Source: an uncultured Gemmatimonadales bacterium
Lineage (GTDB): Bacteria > Gemmatimonadota > Gemmatimonadetes > Longimicrobiales > RSA9
Direction of reading: 5' to 3'
Assembly (NCBI GenBank): GCA_963783305.1
Contig: CAWAMW010000002.1
Coordinates: 800,001 to 864,000 of the forward strand
DNA length: 64,000 nucleotides
Position numbers and translations under genes: made by a program
Shown here: positions 1 to 10,082 of the stretch, in pieces
How positions within the stretch are numbered: position 1 is the stretch's first letter
Layout of the letters: each line of letters begins with the position of its first letter
The notes under the pieces: model-generated
Database searches by the model: none
Told to the model about the DNA's origin: nothing
The model's input: only the letters and a program-made list of their open reading frames with translations

Positions 1-486
1 GAGGGTGCTGTGGAACGCGGTGTCGAATACGGCGGCCTGGGGGATCTCGCCCAGCGCGTCCTTCACAGCGCGCACACCCGCAAGGTTGTACGGCATGTGC
101 AGGGGCGCGAGCTCAATGTGGTCATCCAGCACGCTCAGAACGGAGCTGTCCAGCAGCACCGACTCCGAGAACGCTTCCCCGCCATGGACCATCCGGTGCC
201 CCACCGCCTCGATCTCACTCAGGCTCCGGATGTCCACCCCGCTGTCTTCCGATGTCACCCATTTCAGGATCCAGTCGATGGCCCCCTTGATGTCACGGAT
301 CGAGGCCGTGGCCCTCCGGCTGCCCTTCGACTCCGACCACAGCGACAGCACCGCCTCGCCCCCGATCCGCTCCACGGTCCCGCTGGCGAGTTTCTCATCA
401 CGATCCTCGTCGATCCGTTCGGCGTCCGTCCGGATCAGCTGGAACTTCACCGTCGACGATCCAACGTTCAGCACGAGCACGTTCAT
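1..486 (-). CDS. ackA: Acetate kinase (5' part; runs off the window's left edge)
   Basis: Not in the ORF track. Manual translation from ATG at 486 gives MNVLVLNVGSSTVKFQL...AVGHRMVHGG...ELAPLHMPYNL...AAVFDTAFHSTL, containing the acetate kinase signature motifs. Confidence 0.95.
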   Translation of the reverse strand, partial: MNVLVLNVGSSTVKFQLIRTDAERIDEDRDEKLASGTVERIGGEAVLSLWSESKGSRRATASIRDIKGAIDWILKWVTSEDSGVDIRSLSEIEAVGHRMVHGGEAFSESVLLDSSVLSVLDDHIELAPLHMPYNLAGVRAVKDALGEIPQAAVFDTAFHSTL

Positions 487-560
487 ATATGCCTCCTGGT
501 CGGCGCCGCCTCGCTCGACGGCTGCTGGTCCGTTCACGAGCGCCGGTCCCCGACTCCGTT

Positions 561-3353
561 TTACAGGTCGTTCCAGTTCAGCAGCGCGTTCCAGACGAAC
601 GCGAAGTTCATATAGTTCTGGTGCCGATTCAGAGGGTTGAACCCGAACAGGACCCAGTGTCCCCCGCCTGATGGCACCGACAGCACCGCCGGCTCACCCG
701 CCAGACGGCTCCCCCCCTGCACCAGGCCGCTCAGCCCGATGTCTCCCTCGCCGTACCTCACTACCACCACCTCGTCTTCGATCTCGTCTTCCACCCGCAG
801 GTAGGGGCCGAAGCGATGGTGCAGCGCCGGTCCCGCGCCGAATCCGTACGTGAGCGGGTGATCCGCTCGTGCCACCTCCCCGCGCACGAGCGACCCCGGG
901 ACGAAGAGTCCCTCGGGCGTGTCCGCGACGTGGACATCGCGCACCAGCCCCAGCTCGATCGGGAGCGTGCTCGCCGACCGCAGCGCAACAAAGGTCCCGC
1001 CATCCGCCACGAAATCCCGGATCGCCGCCAGCCCTTCCAGCGTCATCCCCCCGGTCATGTCCTTCGTCTCATCAGGGGCCCCCAGGCTCGGCGCCGCGTC
1101 CGTCGCGCGGTAGGGAAGCGGTCCGTCCGCCGGGTCCAGGCCCTCCAGGATGGCACGACCCGTTCGGCCCTGGTCGGGGAACAGGATAACGTCGAACTTC
1201 CGCCGGAGCCGCCCCAGGTCCACGAGCTCGGTGTCCGCGATGTAGGCGAACGGCACCCCGAAGTGGTCGAGTGTGTAGCGGGCCCACCCTTCTGCCTGGG
1301 TCGAGCCCCAGCTGTGGAGCACCGCGATTCTCGGCAGATCCAGCTCGTGGCGGGGGAGGCCCTCGACAGCCGCCTCCGCGACGCCCACCAGACTCAGCCC
1401 GTATCGGCCCGCCCAGGCCTCCGCGGCCCCGCCCTCCAGGTCACGGCCCCGAATCAGCCACGCACCCGGCGCCACGGTGTCCTCCGCCACCACGGTGCTG
1501 TCCTCCAGCGCCCACACGCGCGTGTCGCCGAGGTCGAGGCGGGCGGACATGGAATACGCCGAAGCGGTCGGCGGAACGAGCCACCACTCGCCCGCGCCCT
1601 CCACAGACCCGCCGAGCGATGGACGGGGCGTCGGCGCCATCGCCATCTGGAGCACGGCCGAATCGGCGATCGGGTAGGCGGTGGCGCCGAACATGAGCGG
1701 GAACGTCCATGCCACATCGTCGTACGGCCGGGGCGCATCGGCCGGAAACTCCTGCTGACGCATCAGGGTGGCAACCAGGTTCCGGTAGGGCTGGTCCATC
1801 CGGATCACATAGTCGCCCGGAGCCACCGCGATGGAGTCCACCTCCCCCTCGTGCACCGCCAGCCGAGCGGAATCCGCGAACGAGTGCAGCTCGATACCCT
1901 GCTGCTCCAGGTTGCGCAGCATGGCCTGCGCATCGCCCTTTCGCGATTGCTCCAGCGGCACGACCCAGGCGAACGGAGCCTCCGCACGACCCCTGCGCAG
2001 GGCGTTCTCCGCCTTGGTCCGGAACTGTCGCAGCAGCCGACTCCGGTTTTGCGCCGTAAGGGAGAGCGCCGTCAGTACCCCCGTCTCCATGTAATTGGTG
2101 TTGTTGCGAAGCGACCAGAGCGTCGTATCGCGGGGTGGGTTCGGGCGGTACCATTCCACCGACGTGGAGCCCTCGTCCAGAGTGCGTTCCCTGGTCCACG
2201 GCACGCTGTTGCCGAACGTCTCGTAGAAGCGGCCGAGGCCGTTGCGGGTGTTCACCGCCCAGATCAGGTACGTGGGGTTCCAACCGTCATAGAAGTTGTG
2301 CGTCCAGACACCGGGGAGCCCCAGGGCCGTGAGCGCGGTCACCTCGTAGTTCGCGAACCAGGTCCATTCTGCGACGGAGATGGGATCGATGTCCGGGTTG
2401 TATGGACCCGTCCCGGTGGAGGTGTACAGGTAGGGCACCGACTCGTGGAGGTCGTGAGCCAGCGGCACGCGCCACTCGTTGATCAGCCCGACGATCTCCT
2501 GCGTGAGGCGAGCGGACAGCTGCAGCCCGTCGCGGTTGTTGTCATGGTAGATGTACTTCCCCCAGTACGGGGGGCCCGGAACATCCCGCGTCGTGTCGGG
2601 GGTGGGATAGTGAAGGCGATACCAGTCGACGACCCGGTTGCGACCATCCGGCTCCGCCACGGGCACGATCATGACCAGCACGCTGTCCCGGATGGCCCGC
2701 AGCTCCGGGGCATCCGAGGCGGCCAGCCGGTATGCCAGCTCCATCACCATCTCGGGTGGCCCCGTCTCCCGGGAATGGAGCCCCGCCGTGATGAGATAGA
2801 CCGCCGGGAGCCGCGCAATGAGCTCCGCGGCGGCGCGTGCATCGGACCGGCGCGGATCCGCCAGCCGACCGTACTCCGCGCGGATGTCGTCCAGGCGCCC
2901 CATCGTGCTCTCGCTGCCCACCTGCACCAACCCGAGCCGGTTCCCCTCCTCCGTCTGCCCCAGCTCCTGGAACCGGACGCGCGGCGTGCTGCCGGCGAGC
3001 GCACGGAAGTAGTCGTGGACCTCGTCGGTCCGGTGCAGCACCCCCGGCTTTCCGATGGGCGCTCCGAAATGGTCGGTGGGTGAAATGATCGAGGGATGAT
3101 CCGGGATGTGGTCCACCAGCGGGGTCGTGTACTCGGGGGCGGTCGTCCAGGAGAGGATCTGCCGCGTCGCCTCCCGCTCCAGTGGCTGTCCCCACGGGGT
3201 GCTGTCCGCCACGACTGCCGTGTGCCAGTCGAACGTCTGGGGCGGCTGCTCGGCGGGCGTCTGCGCGTGGAGCCGGGTTGGGGGCAGCACCGCCGCCGTG
3301 ATGGCCAGGCCGAGCGCCAGGGCCCCATTCCAGCGGCAGCATCCGTTGAGCAT
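561..3353 (-). CDS. Secreted M14-family zinc carboxypeptidase-like protein
   Basis: Signal peptide, GLHSRET (HxxE) and HDLHE zinc ligands, HDNNRD motif. Start chosen at ATG 3353, preceded by an AAGGAG RBS. Confidence 0.85.
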   Translation of the reverse strand: MLNGCCRWNGALALGLAITAAVLPPTRLHAQTPAEQPPQTFDWHTAVVADSTPWGQPLEREATRQILSWTTAPEYTTPLVDHIPDHPSIISPTDHFGAPIGKPGVLHRTDEVHDYFRALAGSTPRVRFQELGQTEEGNRLGLVQVGSESTMGRLDDIRAEYGRLADPRRSDARAAAELIARLPAVYLITAGLHSRETGPPEMVMELAYRLAASDAPELRAIRDSVLVMIVPVAEPDGRNRVVDWYRLHYPTPDTTRDVPGPPYWGKYIYHDNNRDGLQLSARLTQEIVGLINEWRVPLAHDLHESVPYLYTSTGTGPYNPDIDPISVAEWTWFANYEVTALTALGLPGVWTHNFYDGWNPTYLIWAVNTRNGLGRFYETFGNSVPWTRERTLDEGSTSVEWYRPNPPRDTTLWSLRNNTNYMETGVLTALSLTAQNRSRLLRQFRTKAENALRRGRAEAPFAWVVPLEQSRKGDAQAMLRNLEQQGIELHSFADSARLAVHEGEVDSIAVAPGDYVIRMDQPYRNLVATLMRQQEFPADAPRPYDDVAWTFPLMFGATAYPIADSAVLQMAMAPTPRPSLGGSVEGAGEWWLVPPTASAYSMSARLDLGDTRVWALEDSTVVAEDTVAPGAWLIRGRDLEGGAAEAWAGRYGLSLVGVAEAAVEGLPRHELDLPRIAVLHSWGSTQAEGWARYTLDHFGVPFAYIADTELVDLGRLRRKFDVILFPDQGRTGRAILEGLDPADGPLPYRATDAAPSLGAPDETKDMTGGMTLEGLAAIRDFVADGGTFVALRSASTLPIELGLVRDVHVADTPEGLFVPGSLVRGEVARADHPLTYGFGAGPALHHRFGPYLRVEDEIEDEVVVVRYGEGDIGLSGLVQGGSRLAGEPAVLSVPSGGGHWVLFGFNPLNRHQNYMNFAFVWNALLNWNDL

Positions 3354-3527
3354 CGCTACTCCTTGACGAGCGGGTATAGTGGAGGCGCAAGATGCGCCAC
3401 CGGCTCGACGGACGCCAGCCGCCGTCGGCCGGGAAAACGCTTGCCGGCTCCGCAGCTCGCGGGTATCATCACGCTGTCCCCTGCCACCCCCTGCCGGGCT
3501 CCTGCACGCACTCGAACCGGTAGCCCC

Positions 3528-4139
3528 ATGCTCGTACATGGCCGCATGTCGACGGAAGTGATCACCGCCTCCCCCCGAACTACCGTGGCGGAGGCCCTGG
3601 AAGTCATGGGCGCCCATGGGATCCGGCACCTCCCCGTAGTGGATGCCGGGCACCTGGCGGGGATCGTCACGGACCGAGATCTCAGGGAGGCCGCCGCCGA
3701 GGGTGATGTGACGATCGACATGGTGATGACCTCTCCGCCCCTGGTCGTCGCGCCCGACGTCCCCGTGGAGAGCGCGGCCGCATTGCTCTCAGAGCACCGC
3801 ATCGGGTGCCTGCCCGTGGTGGATGGCGAAGAGCTCGTGGGGATCCTCACCGAGTCGGACGTGCTCCGCGCGTTCGTCGAGCTCATGGTGGGCCGCGAGC
3901 CCCACAGCCGAGTGGAGATCCTCGCCCCGGACCGGCCGGGCGAGCTCGCCCGCATCGTCCGGCTCATCGGGATCGATCACGGGATCAACATCACCGGGGT
4001 CGTGGTCCCGCCGTCCCACGGCGGTCAATCGCTGGTGGTGCTGCACCTCGAGACGGGTGACCCGGAAGCGGTTATGGAAAACCTGCGCCGGCTCGGATAC
4101 GAATCCGGCTCTCCCGCGCTCCTCACGCGGCCGATCTAG
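3528..4139 (+). CDS. acuB: CBS-pair + ACT domain protein (AcuB-like)
   Basis: Two CBS repeats (IRHLPVVD..LAGIVTDRDL; IGCLPVVD..LVGILTESDV), a C-terminal ACT domain (DRPGELARI), and position directly upstream of acuC. Confidence 0.8.
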   Translation: MLVHGRMSTEVITASPRTTVAEALEVMGAHGIRHLPVVDAGHLAGIVTDRDLREAAAEGDVTIDMVMTSPPLVVAPDVPVESAAALLSEHRIGCLPVVDGEELVGILTESDVLRAFVELMVGREPHSRVEILAPDRPGELARIVRLIGIDHGINITGVVVPPSHGGQSLVVLHLETGDPEAVMENLRRLGYESGSPALLTRPI

Positions 4140-4150
4140 GGTCGCGCACG

Positions 4151-5323
4151 GTGGAATGCGCCCTGGTGTGGTCGGATGAAATGGCGGGCTACCGCTTCCG
4201 ACCCGGACACCCACTCGACCCGCTCCGCATGGAGCTGACCATCGACCTGATCCGGGCCATGTCCCTCGTGGGCGTGCCGAATCGACCGCTGGTCGCCCCA
4301 CGCCCGGCCACGGATGACGACCTCCTGACGGTTCACCTGCCCGACTACGTGGACGCGGTCCGGCGCGTTTCGAAGGATCCTCACGCACTGGTGAGCCGCC
4401 ATTTTGGGCTCGGGACCGACGACGTGCCGATTGTGGAGAACATGCACGAGATGTCACGAGCGGTGGTCGGCTCGACACTCACGGCGTCCGCGCTGGTGGC
4501 CTCGGGCGAGGCTACCCGGGCCATGGGGCTGGCGGGCGGGCTGCACCACGCCCACGCCGCGGCCGCCTCCGGCTTCTGTGTGTACAACGACCTGGCGGTC
4601 GCCATCCGCTGGCTCCAGCGCGAGCACGGCATGCGGGTGCTCTACATCGACTATGACGCCCACCATGGCGATGGCGTGCAGGACATCTTCTACGATGACC
4701 CCGATGTCATGACGGTCTCCTTCCACGAGAGCGGCCTCTACCTCTTCCCCTCCACCGGGTTCGTGGATGAGCTGGGTGAAGGCGATGGCCATGGAGCCTG
4801 CGCCAACGTCCCCCTCGAGGCCCAGACGGAAGACGCCTCCCTTCTGGCGGCCTTCGACGCACTCCTCCCGGAAGTGGCCGGCGCCTTCGAGCCGGACATC
4901 ATCGTGGTTCAGACCGGCTGCGATGCCCACTATCTGGATCCCCTCACCCACCTCCGGTGCACCACCACCCTGTATGAGGAGCTCATGCGCCGCGTCGTGT
5001 TCCTGGCCGACCGGCACTGCGGCGGTCGCATCGTGGCCACCGGCGGCGGTGGCTACGCGATCCGAGAAGTCGTTCCGCGGGCGTGGGCGCTGACCTGGGC
5101 CGCGCTCTGTGGTGAGGAGGCACCGGACACAATACCGGTGGAGTGGCTCGAGCGGGCCCAGCGCGGCGCACAGGAGCCGCTTTCCCCCACTCTGCGCGAT
5201 CCCCCGGGAGCGGTTCCCGCGGCGCCGCGCAGAGAAGAGGTTGAGCGCGCGAACGAACTCACGGTTCGGGGGCTCAAACGACGGCTCATGCCGCTCATGA
5301 CCGGGTGGGGGCTCGGCTTCTGA
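4151..5323 (+). CDS. acuC: Zn-dependent lysine deacetylase (AcuC / class I HDAC-like)
   Basis: Intact GGLHHA, SGFCVYND, IDYDAHHGDG, GCDAH..DPL and GGGGY motifs. Confidence 0.9.
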   Translation: MECALVWSDEMAGYRFRPGHPLDPLRMELTIDLIRAMSLVGVPNRPLVAPRPATDDDLLTVHLPDYVDAVRRVSKDPHALVSRHFGLGTDDVPIVENMHEMSRAVVGSTLTASALVASGEATRAMGLAGGLHHAHAAAASGFCVYNDLAVAIRWLQREHGMRVLYIDYDAHHGDGVQDIFYDDPDVMTVSFHESGLYLFPSTGFVDELGEGDGHGACANVPLEAQTEDASLLAAFDALLPEVAGAFEPDIIVVQTGCDAHYLDPLTHLRCTTTLYEELMRRVVFLADRHCGGRIVATGGGGYAIREVVPRAWALTWAALCGEEAPDTIPVEWLERAQRGAQEPLSPTLRDPPGAVPAAPRREEVERANELTVRGLKRRLMPLMTGWGLGF

Positions 5324-5327
5324 TCCC

Positions 5328-5834
5328 ATGACGCACCCACCGACGTCCCGGACCGACAAGCAAGGTGGCACGTTTGTGCTCCGCGGCTTCGTGCCGGGCG
5401 ACCGGGAGCGGCTCGAACGAATGTACGACGACTTCGAGCCCAAGCGGATCGCACAGGGGCTGCCGCCCGCGGGCACGGACCAGCGCAGGCGGTGGCTGGA
5501 CACGGTGCTCCGCGCCGGCCATCACCTGATCGTTGAGGTCGATGACACCGTGATGGGTCACGGCATGCTGCTGCCCATCGACTCCGAGGCCGGAGAGCTC
5601 GCCAACTTCCTTCACCAGTCCATCCGCGACCGGGGCATTGGCACCAGCCTCAACCGTGAGCTACTGGATTTCGCCCGTGATATCGGATTGCGCAGAGTGT
5701 GGCTGTCGGTCGAGCCATCGAACCGGCGCGCCGTCCGTTCGTACGAGAAGGCGGGCTTCCGCAGGCGGTTCACCTCGGGCTGGGCGCCCGAGCTCGAGAT
5801 GGAGATCGAGCTGACCCGTGACGCTCCTTCTTGA
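5328..5834 (+). CDS. GNAT N-acetyltransferase
   Basis: Acetyl-CoA motif A (RDRGIGTSL) and motif B ([13 protein letters not shown]). Starts 4 nt after the acuC stop. Confidence 0.85.
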   Translation: MTHPPTSRTDKQGGTFVLRGFVPGDRERLERMYDDFEPKRIAQGLPPAGTDQRRRWLDTVLRAGHHLIVEVDDTVMGHGMLLPIDSEAGELANFLHQSIRDRGIGTSLNRELLDFARDIGLRRVWLSVEPSNRRAVRSYEKAGFRRRFTSGWAPELEMEIELTRDAPS

Positions 5835-5901
5835 GTCCCGGAACCCTCCCGACGTACCTTACACTCCCCTGAAGCACCCCAACCCGATACCGGAGCCGGT
5901 G

Positions 5902-6231
5902 ATGGCAACGAAGAAAGCAGCCGCGGACAAGGACGAGGCGAAGAAGCCGGCCAAGAAGGCCACCGCCAAGAAGGCCACCGCCAAGAAGGCCACCGCCAAG
6001 AAGTCGACCGCCAAGAAGGCCACGGCCAAGAAGGCCACCTCCAAGAAATCGACTACCAAGAAGGCTCCGGCGGCGAAGAAGACGGCCTCCGCGAAGAAGA
6101 CCTCCTCGAAAAAGGCCAGCACCGAGAAAGCTGTCGAGGGCAGGAAGCCGTCGCCGCGGAAGGCGGCGGCCGCGCCGGAGGGGGCACCGGCGCTGGGCAG
6201 GGAGAAGCTCCGTATGTCGAAGAATCGCTGA
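5902..6231 (+). CDS. Lys/Ala-rich histone H1-like protein (AKKAT repeats)
   Basis: [39 protein letters not shown]...; GGAG upstream of the ATG; followed by a hairpin. Confidence 0.75.
   Translation: MATKKAAADKDEAKKPAKKATAKKATAKKATAKKSTAKKATAKKATSKKSTTKKAPAAKKTASAKKTSSKKASTEKAVEGRKPSPRKAAAAPEGAPALGREKLRMSKNR
5950..6069 (+). repeat. Coding 15-bp tandem repeat GCCAAGAAGGCCACC (about 8 units, degenerating toward the 3' end)
   Basis: Three perfect units at 5950-5994, then variants. Encodes AKKAT pentapeptides. Confidence 0.9.
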
Positions 6232-6247
6232 CTTGCAGTGACCCCGA

Positions 6248-6290
6248 CAGGGAGGCCCGCGGCCGTCTGTTTCGTCCGCGGGCCTCTCTG
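6248..6290. terminator. GC-rich hairpin between convergent genes (possible bidirectional terminator)
   Basis: CAGGGAGGCCCGCGG / CCGCGGGCCTCTCTG 15-bp stem; no long U-tract. Confidence 0.55.
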
Positions 6291-6314
6291 TCGTCCAGTG
6301 TCCGGGGGTTCGGC

Positions 6315-8909
6315 TCAGTCCGACACAGCTCCGAAGATGCCGGCGGCTGCATGGTCCTGGGCCACGGCCTGGGTCAGGAGCAAATGCATGATGGAGCTCT
6401 GAATCGTGCTCTCCCGCGGGCGAGCATTGGGCTGGACGGTGAAGCGGCCCTTCTCCCACGCCAGCATCTCCCGCAGCGCCGGCTCACCCTTGGCACCGCC
6501 TCGGATCTGGGCGTGCACGGCGTCGCCCTTCTTCAGGTAAATGGCCCCGTCGGCAGACCCCGTCCGAATCCCGATGGCGGCCGTCCTGGAGTCATACTTC
6601 ATCACCTGGAGCAGCCAGCTCAGCGGGAAATCGGACACGTCTCCCTGGAGCGCCAGCCACGGCGCTTTCTGATCCGTGCCAGACCCGGCGCTTTCCCCTG
6701 CACCCCGTCCGCCATTCCTGTGGAGAGTCCTTCGCACCAGGGCACCGAGCGTGCCCTGCAGCTCGGCGTACGTCGTGCCGGGCGGGAAGCACACATCCGC
6801 ACCACTTTCCAGGAGCCGGACCCGCAGCGAGACGGTGTCCGCGTCCACCACCACTACCGGCAGCGACGCGAACAGCGGATCCACGCGGAGGTCGCGGACG
6901 AAGGCCGCCGCGGCCTCCTCACCCGCTTCCACCGATACCACGAGCGCCGACACCGGCACCCGGCGCAGACGCTCCCGGGCGGCGGCGGCATCGGCCGAGA
7001 CCTCCGCAAGATACCCGGCGGAGCACAGCTTTGCCGCCGTAACCACCGCGCCCGGCTGGTCCGGGTTCACCAGCAGGATATGGGGCCTCTGAACGAAACC
7101 GACGTGGGGCTGCTCCGGCCGCTCCAGGACCGAGCTCAGCGCTTCCACCACCGCCGGGTCGAACTGTGTGCCAGCCTCGTCCCGGATCTCACGGGCAGCG
7201 TCCGGCACCTTTCGCGGGAGACGATAATGCCGCGGCGAGACCATCGCCGTGAACGAATCCACCACCGCCAGCACGCGAGCCAAAATGGGTATGGCCTCGC
7301 CCGTGAGGCCATCCGGATAGCCAGCCCCGTCCCAGCGCTCGTGGTGGTGCCGGACGGCCAGGCGCACCCGCCGAGGAAGTTCGATCCCCTCCAGCAGGTC
7401 CAGCGCCAGGTCTACATGGCGCTCGATCTTGCGACGGCTCTCCGGCGTCTCCTGACCGGTCTTGGGGACGAGACGCCCACCCATGGCAAGGCGGCCCAGG
7501 TCGCGTAGAACCGCCGCGAGGGACAGGTCCACCCGCTCCGCTTCCGTAAGCCCGAGCTCTTCCGCCACGTTCGCCGCGACCAGACGCGTCAGGCTGCTGC
7601 TTCCACGGAAGAACGGGTCCCGGTACTCGAGCAACCCCACCAGCATGTCCGTGATGGCGATCAACGACCTCGCCATTGCCCCCGCGTCGCCCGCGCCACT
7701 CGCGTCCACATCGGACGACTCTCCCTCGAGACGCGACCACACGCCCGCCGGCTCCGCGGCAGCGCTCGCCACCCCCTTCACGGCGGGCTCGGACTCGGAC
7801 TCGAGGACCGGTCCGGGAAAGAGGTCGGCCACAGCCCTGACACCGGGATCGCCAAGCCCGAGGACGCTCTCGGGCGTCGCCGCTGGGGCAGACTCTATCG
7901 GCTGATCGTCGTCGGAGCCCGGCTCATGCGCTGGTCCGGAGCCATTCGATGCAGCCGCTCCCGGCGCCGCAGGGCCGTGCCACCGCAGGAGCCCCGTAAG
8001 GTGCTCCCGCACGGTGACGCCCGCGGTCAGAGGCGCCGAATATGGTTCCGGCCGAGCCGGCGCGCCGCGGGCTTTCGGTTCGACGGGCGTTCCCGACGCC
8101 GCTGGCGCCGACCAGTCGAGCTCGATCTCCGCGATTCGTTCCGGGCGCGACGACTCGACCGTCGCCGCCCCCGCACGCTCCGCCTCGTTGACCTTGGCCC
8201 TCAGCCTCTCGTCGCCAGGCGTTCGCTGGAGCAGCTGCCTGTAGACGGAGGCGGCCCGCCGATGCAGTCCCTGCCGTGCGTAGAGCTCGGCCATGGTTTC
8301 CGTGACGACATCACCGGGATCGGACGTCCGCGCGGCCTCTGCCGACTGCGCGGCCTCCTCCTGTAACGTGTCATCCAGAGCTTTATCGGCATCGGCCGCG
8401 TGAGCGGCGGCGGACCCCTTCCCCGGCCTGCCTGAAATGGCGCCGGTTCTCTCGCCGTCGTGGGCGAGAGAACCGAACTGCCCGTCCCGCCGGAGCTCCG
8501 AGACCCGGTTCTCCAGCTCCCGCACCCGCTCCTTGATCTCCGCAGTGGGCTTCAGTCGCGCGAGACGCTGAAACTGGAGCAGGGCCTCCCTGATTCGGCC
8601 CTGCTCCAGCGAAACCTGTCCCAGCGACTCGAGGGCGATCTGGTTCTGGGGGTCCAGTTCGAGCACGCGGCGAAACGCCCGCTCCGCCTCGGCGTGCTTG
8701 CCCTGATCCAGGCGCAGGCGTCCCAGGACGACATGTGCGGAAGAATAGTCGGAGTGGCGTCGGAGACCGGCGGTGAGGACGGTCTCGGCCTGCGCGTACC
8801 GACCCGCCCGCCGATAGGCATCGGCGAGGTGCGGGAAGACGAGGCCATCCGGATGGGCGGCCTGTAGCAGCTCCAGCCGGCTGATCTCATCGCGGTTTAT
8901 TGACGCCAT
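6315..8909 (-). CDS. TPR + degenerate HD-GYP + pseudo-receiver + DUF4388-like multidomain protein
   Basis: N-terminal TPR helices; HHERWDGAGYPDGL motif; receiver-like segment ending ESGADVCF; C-terminal LQGDVSDFPLSWLLQ...GAIYLKKGDAVHA (DUF4388/PATAN-like). Confidence 0.8.
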   Translation of the reverse strand: MASINRDEISRLELLQAAHPDGLVFPHLADAYRRAGRYAQAETVLTAGLRRHSDYSSAHVVLGRLRLDQGKHAEAERAFRRVLELDPQNQIALESLGQVSLEQGRIREALLQFQRLARLKPTAEIKERVRELENRVSELRRDGQFGSLAHDGERTGAISGRPGKGSAAAHAADADKALDDTLQEEAAQSAEAARTSDPGDVVTETMAELYARQGLHRRAASVYRQLLQRTPGDERLRAKVNEAERAGAATVESSRPERIAEIELDWSAPAASGTPVEPKARGAPARPEPYSAPLTAGVTVREHLTGLLRWHGPAAPGAAASNGSGPAHEPGSDDDQPIESAPAATPESVLGLGDPGVRAVADLFPGPVLESESEPAVKGVASAAAEPAGVWSRLEGESSDVDASGAGDAGAMARSLIAITDMLVGLLEYRDPFFRGSSSLTRLVAANVAEELGLTEAERVDLSLAAVLRDLGRLAMGGRLVPKTGQETPESRRKIERHVDLALDLLEGIELPRRVRLAVRHHHERWDGAGYPDGLTGEAIPILARVLAVVDSFTAMVSPRHYRLPRKVPDAAREIRDEAGTQFDPAVVEALSSVLERPEQPHVGFVQRPHILLVNPDQPGAVVTAAKLCSAGYLAEVSADAAAARERLRRVPVSALVVSVEAGEEAAAAFVRDLRVDPLFASLPVVVVDADTVSLRVRLLESGADVCFPPGTTYAELQGTLGALVRRTLHRNGGRGAGESAGSGTDQKAPWLALQGDVSDFPLSWLLQVMKYDSRTAAIGIRTGSADGAIYLKKGDAVHAQIRGGAKGEPALREMLAWEKGRFTVQPNARPRESTIQSSIMHLLLTQAVAQDHAAAGIFGAVSD

Positions 8910-9127
8910 GGATCGGCCCCGTTGGCGAACACCAGGATGGTTCGCTCGCCAATATGCGCCATTCGGACGCGTACGCACAAGGGAGGGAGAGAGATAGGTG
9001 TAGCATTGCAGCAGAAATATCCCACCTTCAGAGGGTCGCGTGGGATTCGTCTATTGCGCTGCGACAGATCGCGGGAGGCGGGAGATAATCGAGTTGCGGA
9101 CCCCGCCCAGGCGGACACCCAATGCGC

Positions 9128-9154
9128 GAAAGGAGCGCCGGCGGCGCCCCTTTC
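9128..9154 (-). terminator. Putative intrinsic terminator after the L,D-transpeptidase gene
   Basis: On the minus strand GAAAGGGGCGCC-GCC-GGCGCTCCTTTC forms a hairpin ending in a short T run. Confidence 0.45.
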
Positions 9155-9196
9155 CCGTCCTCCACGACTCCCTCGCGGGGAGCGCGTCAAAGGAAG

Positions 9197-9949
9197 TCAA
9201 TAAATGTAGACTGCGGTCCCGACCTCGACCATGTCTCTCAATTGAGCGACATCCTCGTTGTTCATCCGGATGCACCCGTGGCTGGCCGCGGCCCCTATGC
9301 TTTCCTGGTTGTACCGATGCGTGCCATGGATCAGGTAGCCGTCCCCGAGCGACAGCTTCACGGGCCCCAGTGCGTTGGGGATCATGCGCTGGGGGCTCCC
9401 AAACGGCGGTATGAAGATGTACCCGTCGAAGATGATCTCGCTGCCGGGCGTAAACGGATAATAGTTGTCCCACCGGTTTACACGGCCCACTTCGGAGCCG
9501 CGGACCTCGATGAAGGTCCCGTCGGAGAGCTCGATCCGGTCCCCCTCCTTCAGGTGCACCGGCTCGAGCCCACGGTTCACCGCCTTCTCGTAGTAGTGCC
9601 AATCCGGCGGGATCCAGTTGGGGTCATCGCGCTTCTCGAGAATGCGGCGCTCGCCCTTCGGCGTGTCGAATGTGTAGGAGGTCCCGGCGAAACGAAATAC
9701 GCCGCCCTTCCCGATGGCCACCGGAGCGGAGAAGAGAGTATCCTGCCCCTGCACGAGCCACAGGCGTCGCTGTGAGAGCGAGATCAGCACCTTCCGCCCC
9801 GGGTCCGCCGCGGCCGCCTCCCAGGTCGACTGGCTCTGCTCCAGTCGAGCCTGGCTAGGGTACGCAGCCAGCGGAGCCGCTGCCAGGAAGGCCAACGCGG
9901 CCGCCCCGGCCATGGTGGTGCGACTTTTCATGGACTTCTTCTCAATCAT
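9197..9949 (-). CDS. L,D-transpeptidase (YkuD family)
   Basis: Signal peptide; PNWIPP; YLIHGT...ASHGCIRM catalytic motif. Confidence 0.9.
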   Translation of the reverse strand: MIEKKSMKSRTTMAGAAALAFLAAAPLAAYPSQARLEQSQSTWEAAAADPGRKVLISLSQRRLWLVQGQDTLFSAPVAIGKGGVFRFAGTSYTFDTPKGERRILEKRDDPNWIPPDWHYYEKAVNRGLEPVHLKEGDRIELSDGTFIEVRGSEVGRVNRWDNYYPFTPGSEIIFDGYIFIPPFGSPQRMIPNALGPVKLSLGDGYLIHGTHRYNQESIGAAASHGCIRMNNEDVAQLRDMVEVGTAVYIY

Positions 9950-10082
9950 GGATGATCCTGATCGCCGCTGTTTCGGACAGGTGGGACCGGCCTCTCCCCC
10001 CCTGAAATTAATGCACATCGCGGACCAGGGGAACAGGGACGGCCACCCGCCCAAGCCGTTCTGGCCCACAGCCTTGGCGCGC

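Noticed and set aside
816..3083. 755-aa + strand ORF (and similar long ORFs at 16178-18094, 21013-23412, 35513-37987, 53366-55300)
   Set aside because: Antisense to well-supported genes; Arg/Gly/His-rich composition typical of shadow frames.
5950..6069. 15-bp repeats as a possible CRISPR array
   Set aside because: Units are contiguous with no spacers and are in-frame coding repeats.
5859..6122. Hydrophobic AVAFL-repeat ORF on the minus strand
   Set aside because: It is simply the reverse complement of the AKKAT repeat.
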